Shown piece by piece: positions 49,301 to 59,800 of a stretch of 64,000 bases of DNA (its first letter is position 1; each line of letters starts with the position of its first letter). The stretch is taken from contig NC_043007.1 of the NCBI RefSeq assembly GCF_006345805.1, positions 22,444,001 through 22,508,000 of the forward strand, in the 5' to 3' direction. A program made the position numbers and the translations under genes. Source of the stretch: Octopus sinensis (lineage: Eukaryota). Below the pieces are notes generated by a model that saw nothing but the letters and a program-made list of their open reading frames with translations, was not told where the DNA came from and made no database searches.

Positions 49301-52300
49301 TTCACAAAATGCATATATACACACACCCAGAGTTCAACTGATACTTATTTCATTGACCCCAAAAGGATGAAAGGCAAAGTTGACCTCGGTGGAATTTGAA
49401 CACAGAATGTAAAAATGGATGAAATGCCACTGAGCATTTTGCCTGGCATGCGAATGATTCTACTAGCTAACCATCTTATATTAAAAACTACCATATTGGA
49501 TTTAGAAGGTTATCTGCTCATCTAGAAGCTGTGCAACATTGCATGCTAAGCCAAGTATTATCAGGTTGTTAAGGCAGAGTAGGCCCAAACATTAGGGCAG
49601 TGAGCTGGCAGAATTGTTAGCACATCAGACAAAATGCTTAGGAGTATTCTGAGTTCCAGTCCTACTGAGATCAACTTTGCCTTTCATCCCCTTTGGGGGT
49701 TTAATGGAATAAAGTACCAGTCAAGTTCGGGGTTTGATTTAATCAAGTTGTCCTTTCCCTCAAAATTGCTAGCTTTGAACCCTGCAACAGAATAGCATCT
49801 TGTTGAGGGGGGAATGTGAATTTGGACATTTATATGCCAGGGAAACCAGATATGGGGCCTTATGAGTTCTAGGGCTCAAGTAAAATATTAAAAAAAAAGA
49901 CCTTTGCCAGTACCGCTGGACTGGCTCCTTGCCAGTGCTGCTGCACTAATTCCTGTGCAGGTGTCACATAAGAAGCACCATTTGAACGTGGCTGTTGCCA
50001 GTACCGCCTGACTGGACCTCGTGCCAGTGGCACGTAAAGGCACCCACTAAGCTCTTGGAGTGTTTGGCGTTAGGAAGGGCATCCAGCTGTAGAAACTCTG
50101 CCAGATCAAGACTGGAGCCTGGTGCAGCCATCTGGTTCGCCAGACCTCAGTCAAATTGTCCAACCCATGCTAGCATGGAAAGCGGATGTTAAACAAAGAT
50201 GATGATGATGGTAGAAAAAATTTGAGAATGTGTATTATTCACAAAGTTTTACATCAAATATGGTGCTGCGTAAACACACCTGTGCCAGTGGCATGTAAAG
50301 AAACACTCAGCACATTCTGTTAAGTGGTTGGTGATAGGAAGGGCATCCAGCTATAGAAAACCTACCTCAACAGAGAGTTGGAGTTTGGACAGCTCCCAGC
50401 TGGCCAGCTCCACTCAAACCGTCCAACCCATACCAGCATGGAAAATGGACATCAAACAATAACGATGATGATGATGTTTATTTTATTTTATTTTATTTTA
50501 TTTTAATTAATTAGTGCCAGGAGCAACTATCAAGTGATGAGGAAATATTTATTCAGATGACAAAAGAGAATAACTTGCTGAAGGAAAAATTAAAAGAAAT
50601 GGTAATAACCCCTTTTTTTTCTTCTTCTTTTTTTTGTATTTTGAACTGTGAGACATCAGTGTTTCCCTTGTTCCCTTGTTATTAGATTCTTCTTTCTGAA
50701 ATAGAAGTTTAAATTCTGTTTCTTAAATTCTCTTTCAAAGACTGAATCCTTGCAAGAAAAAGAACACATTTTGGCACTTTCTGAAGAGAAAGTCAAACAG
50801 CAACAACAACAACTTCTCGAACAACAAATACAACTTGATGAAATGAGGAATTCCCTAAAGGTAACTGGATATTCTATTTTAACCCTCATGAGATGACGGG
50901 GCTCATCTGTCAGCTGAAAAGTCAAATAACAAAGAAGATAGTGTTAGTTCATTCAATTTCCTACAAGAAAATATATAGTTTTATATATGCAATGTTTATT
51001 AAATCTGTTAATTGTTTCGGCTTCAAAGCTGGGGCACATGGCCTAGTGGTTAGAGCAGTGGAAAATGTTTAAAAGATAAAATAGAAATTTGAAGGAAAAT
51101 ATCTCAAAAAATCAAAAATGTAAATTTGAGTTCCTTGTTACATTTATAGCCTTTTGCTTGAACATGATATTTGTGTTAGTGGTCCAGCAGTTTAAATTTA
51201 TTTTTAGCCAATGATTTACATATTAATCACACTGGAAATTAAAGTAAATATATTTCATTTGTATGAATGTAATTATATGAAATAATGTTTATTTGGAGTT
51301 TATTTATCCATTTTTTTTTTTTAATTTAGACTCCACCTAGTTGTGAAGATGTTCAGACAATTGAAAAACTCCACATCCGTCCTCAGACTGTACCTATACA
51401 ATATGTAAGTATTTCCAGGACTTTCTGGCCTCTGAGTTTCACCAGATGAATACTTGACCATATCTGTTATTTACCTTGAAGCTTTATTGAACAAGAGATT
51501 TAGATTTTTGGTTGTTTCTGTGTGCCAAAGATAGATTTCTGTATCATAAGTTTGTGAAGAATGTGAAGCTGTATAGTTGCAAGTCTGGAGTGTTGAGTGT
51601 AGAAGACTTGCAGATGCTGGAGAGAAATGAGTTGAGTACAATCTCGTAGTTATATAACATCAATTTTTGTGAAAAGTAGAGCATAAATGAGTCGAAGAGG
51701 GTAACAGATCATGAATGGTATCAGCTGTTGTTTTGCATGTCATGTAGCAAGCTGTCCAACACATACTAATATGGAAAGGCAAACCTTAAGACTATCATCA
51801 TCATTGTAATCATCATCACCATCATCATTTAACTCTTTTGATACCAACCTGCCTGAAACTGCCTCTGGCTCTGTAGTACAAATGTTTTGGTTTCATAAGT
51901 TTTGAATTAAAATCTTCCACCAAACATTAGTCACAATTAATGTTCCTAACACTAGCTTAATGATAACTACGATATTTTACTAAATTCTTTTATATTTAAA
52001 ATTAATTGAAAGAGACACAGAGCATCTCAACAGAAATATAATAAAGAAAGGGTTAAAAGCACCGATGCTGGTGCCATGTAGAAAGCACAAGTGATGGTGT
52101 CACATTAACCCTTTTGATACCAACCCACCTGAAACCATCACTGGCTCTGTAGTACAGATGTTTTGTTTTCATAAGTTTTGAATTAAAATCTTCCACCAAA
52201 CCTTAGTCACAATTTATGTTCCTAACACTAGCTGAATGATAACTAAGTTATTTTACTAAATTCTTGGTTATATTTAAAATTAATTGAAAGCGCCACAGAG

Positions 52301-52597
52301 CATCTCAAAATTTGGTCTGTCTGAGAACCCGGAGATGTCTGCACAAATGTCCCTGACAAGAGTGGAGGTGCATTTTGCTCAGTAGACTGATCATGTGAAA
52401 CTACGGTGGTTCAGTTGTGATGCATGACTGGTTACCTTGCAGTTTGGTTTTGAATCACTACTACAATGCTGTTTAACGGCAAAGCTGAGTTAAAGAGATT
52501 CTCAGTCAACAGGAGTCAGGAATAAACATTCAAAATAGAAAGTTTAGTTTGTACTTATGGTTTGTGAAGATGTTTCTGTTGAGTAATTATGCATACA

Positions 52598-52633
<36 letters not shown>

Positions 52634-55600
52634 TATGAGGGGGTGCTGAAAGGTTCATGGTTTTGGGTAACAGAAAAAGCTGGAGGGATCAGTTAATTGT
52701 GATTTTATTCATAGTCGTAGGAGTGGCTGTGTGGTAAGTAGCTTGCTAACCAACCACATGGTTCCGGGTTCAGTCCCACTGCATGGTACCTTGGGCAAGT
52801 GTCTTCTACTATAGCCTCAGGCTGACCAAAGCCTTGTGAGTGGATTTGGTAGACGGAAACTGGAAGAAGCCTGTCGTATATATGTATATATATGCGTGTG
52901 TGTGTTTGTGTATCTGTGTTTGTCCCCCTAGCATTGCTTGACAACCGATGCTGGTGTGTTTACGTCTCCGTCACTAGCAGTTCGGCAAAAGAGACCGATA
53001 GAATAAGTACTGGGCTTACAAAAGAATAAGTCCCGGGGTCAAGTTGCTCGATTAAAGGCGGTGCTCCAGCATGGCCGCAGTCAAATGACTGAAACAAGTA
53101 AAAAGAGTAAAAAAAAAAGAGTAAAGAGTATTCCCCTCTTATTCACACACTAATTGCAGCAGTCCTTCAGTTTTTCTAAGCCCAGCAAAAGAACTGAAGG
53201 TTGGGCCTCCGACCAGGTCTTTTATGAGACCCTTAATGTCAGGAACTTTCAGCACCCCCTCATCCGTATGAGTGTTTGTGTATGAATATATGTGCATATA
53301 CAAACGTGCATTTTGGGATATACAAATGAAAGCAAGCATCCATCCATGACATCATGGAAGAAAAAAACTGACATGAAACAATGATGATATATTTTGTTTT
53401 GGGATTTGGTTTCCAAGATTCTTTATGTGAGTTTGTGTGTTGAAGCATATTCTTTTGTGTCCGAGGAGAGTCATTTTCTTTTTGTGCCTCTCGACAACTA
53501 TTGAAAATGTTGCAAGACACAACGAAAATTTTAGAAAAATAAATAAGTAAATGAGTGGAAATTTTACCAGTGAGTGTATTAAATTATAAGACACTAAAAG
53601 AGAATGTCTCTCTCCAGAGACAACAGAATGATCACCCACCTAACACCCATGGACATATTTACAAAGTCAGAAAACAGCACAGCTCCCATGACTTTAGGAA
53701 ACATTTTTTCACGCTAAGAGTTGCTGAAGCATGGAACAAACTGCCGGCATCAGTTGTTAGTCGTCGGAGCACTGCATCCTTCAAAACTTCCAAGCTTCCT
53801 GAGATTTGCCAACACTACACCTGATTTTCTCCCCTCCATACACATGCAAGCATGTATCTGACTCATGCATTGTTCGCTTTCCAGACGTTTGTACATTACT
53901 GCATATACTCTATACGCACTTTCTGATAAGTTGTGGCGCACCTGAGCCTGTATGCAATAATTTCATTATATTATATATATGTGTCAAAAAAGATAACGAT
54001 AGTTTAGGAATGTGTCCTTGAGAAAATAGTATTACTATGTTCTGTTTATGTAACCTGATATCCTCTGATAATTCCAGAGCAGCCTGACATATCTTCGTCC
54101 TCCTTCTCGCCAAATACACACAAGTCCGGCCCTCTTTTCCTTGGAACGGATTATGCAGAACTTCCGTGCCCGCAGTCAGTTGTTGGTTGTGAACTTAGAA
54201 GATGCTGATGAAGTCCTTCAACTCAGCTTTGATGACATTGGCCAAGGAGATGACATGTCTTTGGATAAAATTCAGTCTGAAACATTCAAGAAGTAAGCCA
54301 AATTCCTGCTCTGTTTCCCTCTGTCTTATATACTTGACAAAAAGTACTGTACTCCGGTCTGTCGGTGACCCTTTGACTCTGTATAAATTTCTGTTGCAAA
54401 ATATTTGTACCCAACCCTGTAGTTATGTATCTGTGCATCATAATCGTTATCTATTTCTTTACTAACCACAAGGGGTTAAACACAGAGAGGACAGACAAAC
54501 GGATTAAGTCGATTATATTGACCCCAGTACATAACTGGTACTTATTTAATCGACTCCGAAAGGATGAAAGGCAAAGTCGACCTCGGTGGAATTTGAACTC
54601 GGAACGTAGCGGCAGATGGAATACAGCTAAGCATTTCGCCCGGCGTGCTACCGTTTCTGCCAGTTTGCCGCCTTCATGATCATTATCATTAGCATTTAAT
54701 GTCAATTTTCCCTGCTGGCATGGAAGCACTCCGTCAGTTACAACGACGAGGGTTCCGGTTGATCTGATCAGCGGAACAGCCTGCTCGTGAAATTAACATG
54801 TAAGTGGCTGAGCACTCCACAGACACGTGTACCCTTAACGTAGTTCTCAGGGATATTCAGCGTGACACAGAGAGTGACAAGGCCGGCCCTTTGAAATACA
54901 GGTACAACAGAAACAGGAAGTAAGAGTGAGAGAAAGTTGTGGTGAAAGAGTACAGCAGGGATCACCACCATCCCTGCCGGAGCCTCATGGAGCTTTTAGG
55001 TGTTTTCGCTCAATAAACACTCACAATGCCCGGTCTGGGAATCGAAACCGTGATCCTACGACCGCCAGTCCGCTGCCCTAACCACTGGGCCATTGCACCT
55101 CCACAAGGAAAGGACATGTGTGGTGACATGACAACTCAATTGGAATGTATAAATACCAAAAATAGTATTCATGTCTTCACAGAGCACAGGTTCTGCCTAC
55201 AGACCTCTGTGTAATGGGGCCAGTATGCTTCCATTGCTTGACTCTGCTCAACAACTGATTAAGTAAATATATCTTTCTTTTCTTATTTATTGATTACCTG
55301 TTTCAGTCATTTGACTGTGGCCATGCTGGAGCATCGCCTTTAGTCGAACAAATCAACCCCAGGTACTTATTCTTTGTAAGCCTAGTATTATTCTATCGGT
55401 TGTCAAGTGATGTTGGTGGGGGTACAAACACAGACACACAAACATATACACACATACATGTGTAAATATATATATATATATACGACGGGCTTCTTTCAGT
55501 TTCCATCTACCAAATCCACTCACAAGGCTTTGGTCGGCCTGAGGCTATAGTAGAAGACATGCAGTGGGACTGAACCCGGAACCATGAGGTCCGTAAGCAA

Positions 55601-56514
55601 CCTACTTACCACACAGCTACTCCTACGACTATAAACTATATGCTTATAAACTTTTATGTAACCATATACATACATACATACATACATATTTATACACAGA
55701 CTTGTAGGCATACACACTCTCTCTTTTACACACACACACACGGTTTTTAAAAATTGTGTATAATTTTGTGCCAGGACCTATTAGAAGAGTTTAATGTTTC
55801 ATTTCTATGTCTTATTCCGCAGAAATCATTCTGAAATCAAGCGGCGGTCGACATTTAAAGTGGGAAAGTTAAGGTCAGACCAACAGGACACTTTTAAAGA
55901 GATTTCTTGCGACCAAGGTATGTATTCATGTATGTACACACACACACACACACACACACGTGCACTCACACACAAACACACATGCACACATCATCACACA
56001 TATATACAAATGCAGCCATATGCAGTTACGCTATTTGTACATGTACACACACACACACACAGACCCATAGGTGTGTGTGTGCGTGTGTGTGTTGGCCTGC
56101 TTGCTTAGCCAGCGGGGGTGGCGTCATTTGAAGGCTAAAACAATGCGAAACGCATTGTGACCAGCGATATGTAGCAACATCTGATAGCCTGGTCGGTCAC
56201 GGTGATCACGGTGATATATATATATAATTTCAGCAAAAACAATTAAGATTCAAAAGAATTCAAATGAATTCAAATGAATATGGTACTTAACTTAGATGCA
56301 CCAAGATTCTTTATGGTATTAACCATAAAATCATGTGGAGTGATTAAAACCAACAAAAAAGCAACAAGAATGGATCGGTAGATTAGTACAATTGTTTCAT
56401 ACTAAAAACATTTAATTTCAAGCTGCAAATATTTGCAGCTTGAAATTAAATGTTTTTAGTATGAAACAATTGTACTAATCTGTCGATCCATTCTTGTTGC
56501 TTTTTTCTTGGTTT

Positions 56515-56560
<46 letters not shown>

Positions 56561-56839
56561 GGGTTACTGGTAGCATGCTGTATTAAAATCAAGTGAAACG
56601 ATGTTTATTAACAAGATATCCCATATAACATCACCTGAGGAGATGTGTCTGCACCGACGGATGCACCACAACCAACTGTACAGTATCCCACCTACGAGGG
56701 ACCGATGCAAGATGCATCAAAATGACCGTTGTGAGCCATAAAGTTTCTTGTATATTCCATTCCTCCCCATGCCAGAGAAAAACGAAACCAGTCTATGCTT
56801 TGTGTGGAGTGATGGGAACTTATCAGATTGATAAAAATG

Positions 56840-56884
<45 letters not shown>

Positions 56885-59800
56885 TTAGCATCCGCTTTCC
56901 ATGCTAGCATGGGTTGGACGGTTCAACTGGGGTCTGGGAAGCCAGAAGGCTGCACCAGGCCCAGTCTGATCTGGCAATGTTTCTACGGCTGGATGCCCTT
57001 CCTAACGCCAACCACTCCGTGAGTGTAGTGGGTGCTTTTTACGTGCCACTACACAGGTGCTAGACGGGGCTGACAAATGGCCACGATCAGATGGTGCTTT
57101 TTACGTGCCACCGGCATGGGGGCCAGGCGAGGCTGGCAAACGGCCACGATCAGATGGTGCTTTTTACATGCCACCGGCACGGGGGCCCGTTGAGGTGACG
57201 CTGGCAAGTGAAGAAATTCTGCAAACTTCTTTAGTAAGAAAATTATTTTCTGTTGATTAGATGCCATCACATGTGAAGTTTCCATTCAACACCTTGAAAT
57301 GTCCATCACACGGAGTAGACAACAATTGTCTTCGTCCAGTTCCATTGAAGAGGAACCACAGAATGAGATGACAGAAGCAGATGCGAAAATGCTTGAATCC
57401 AACCAAAAACTGTCCAATTTGGCTTCTAATATCCGGTAGGCTCCATTTCCGATCTTTCAGTTCTTACTTTCTTTTCAGTGTCTTTGAAATTTCTCTCCAA
57501 AGTCGTCTTCTTCTTCTTCTTCTTCTTCTTCTTCTTCTTCTTCTTCTTCTTCTTCTTCCTCCTCTTCCTCTTCCTCTTCCTCTTCTTCTTCTTCTTCTCC
57601 TTCTCCTTCTTCTTCTCCTTCTCCTCCTCCTCCTCCTCCACTGCTTTTTATGTGTGAACTGGGTACGTTTAAGTGGCACCTGCACTTGCAAGAAAAAAAA
57701 ACTTTTGAGAGGGGAGGGGGCATTGGGGGAGTTGATCTTGTGTTGGATGAGGAAAAGTTACAGTGAGACAGAGACAGGAGTCTTACAGTAGAGGAAGCAC
57801 AAGGTTACCCAGCCGGACAGAGAGAGAGAAATCAGGAATGAAGACAGAAACAGGTGCACTATGGAAAAGTGGATGTTAAATGGTCATGATCAGGACAGTG
57901 TATCTAAGACCACATTATCCAACCTGTCCTTTTTTTTTTTAGAAGACAGTAAGATTTGATATAAAGGAGATTTGGTTGCTATTTCTAGCAGATCAAGTAA
58001 TTCCATAGCAAATTATATGCTTATCCCGGCCGATGTAATTGTGGCTTTTTTTAGGTGCAGGAGTGACTGTGTGGTAAGTAGCTTGCTTACCAACCACATG
58101 GTTCTGGGTTCAGTCCCTCCGAATGGCACCTTGGGCAAGTGTCTTCTACTATAGCCTCGGGCCGACCAAAGCCTTGTGAGTGGATTTGGTCTCAGAAACT
58201 GAAGGAAGCCCGTCGTATATATATATACACACACACATATATATATGTATATGTATGTATGCGTGTGTGTGTTTGTTTGTGTTTGTGTTTCCCCACCACC
58301 ACCACCACCATAGCTTGACAACCGATGCTGGTGTGTTTAGATCCTCGTAACATCTCCATAACGGCAAAAGAGTGATACAATAAGTACTAGGCTTACAAAG
58401 AATAAGTACTAGGCTTACAAAGAATAAGTCCTGGGGTCGATTTGCTCGACTAAAGCATGGCCACAGTCAAATGACTGAAACAAGTAAAAGAATAAACGGA
58501 TTATTTGTTCTCCTTGTCTTTCAGGATGAAAGAACAGTTTATTCGAGAACTTGTTAAGAAAGGTAAAGATGCGACATCACTAAACAGACAATATGTACAG
58601 AAAATTAAGGAACAGGAAAAGGTTGGTTCATTTCTCACTTGTCTTTGGTTTTTACTTTCTTAAACAAATCTTCCTTTTTTTTTTATTTTGTCTATCTAAT
58701 CCTCTAATTAGGTCCAAATATTCTATCTGCTTTATGTTCAAACCAGCCAGATCCAGCCTCTCACACCTACCTTACAATGTCATTCTAAAAATAAACACTC
58801 GCATCATTAAAATCTTGAAGCTACGGAATAACGCATGATTTATTCAAAACATTATGAATAAATAAGTATTACATTTGACAGAGTAATTTGAATGCTTAAG
58901 GGTTAATCAAGGAAGAAAGGTTAGTATTTTTGAGGGACCTCCAAGAAACAGACCTTTTAAAATTTCAGACCCTATGGTTGCCTGTGTACAGAATCAAAAC
59001 TGGAGGTATCCAGTAGTATCATCTACCTGTCCCCATTGCCCCTTTTCCTATTGCTATTGGATTTAAGAAGAAATTGTTAAGGTATTGGTGTCCTGCTTTT
59101 CTGAACAGCCTGCATGATGAATATTATTATTATAGTGGACATGGTTTGTGCAGAGCCAATCCCACTCTCTTGTCTTTCATACTTGTATTGATTTGGTGTA
59201 ACAAGTGCCATGAGTCCTGTTGATGCAGGATTTGTATGGAATTACCTTCTCTTGGGTAACCAGTTCCATAGCTGAAGGGCCTCATATGCCTGGATCTGCT
59301 GGAATATCTGTGAGTGATCTTCTGGCCCATAATTGGGGCCCTGACTAGCACTACATTCCAGGTCAGAACAGACCTGGGCACAGGTCTATTCAGAGGTGTT
59401 CCACACTCCTCGAAACCCTGAAACTCCCAAACTAGAGCCCTAAACTGGTGGCAGTGGCACCAGCTATGATGATGTCATAATCAGGAGATGCTAAACCTTT
59501 AATAATAATAATAATAATAATAATAATTGTGTACAGTGCTCAGGTGCACTACAACTCATCTAAAGTCTATATATAATCAGGTGTAGTTTCGGCGGATTTC
59601 GGAAAGCATGAGGGCCTTAAAGGATGCAGTGTCATGGCAGTCAACAACTGATGCAGGTCTCGCTAAACACATAAAATGGTTGTATTTGCGGCACCACCAC
59701 CGTTACTACAATTTTTGCCATCAACAATCACAGAACTTCAATTATGTAGTCTCAATTTAAACAAAACAAAAAACCCTGCAAGCCAGTAGAATTTCCCTAA

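Noticed and set aside
50656-50925. Minus-strand 89-aa ORF
   Set aside because: Antisense shadow of KIF27 exon 16.
57381-57791. Poly-L, poly-E and poly-K/R ORFs (also 44471-44850, 29378-29769, 56828-57022)
   Set aside because: (CTT)n, (CCT)n, (CT)n and (CAT)n microsatellites.
59611-59624. 14-nt match AGGGCCTTAAAGGA between a CR1 3' fragment and the 36-bp minisatellite unit
   Set aside because: No similarity beyond 14 nt; not enough to claim common origin.
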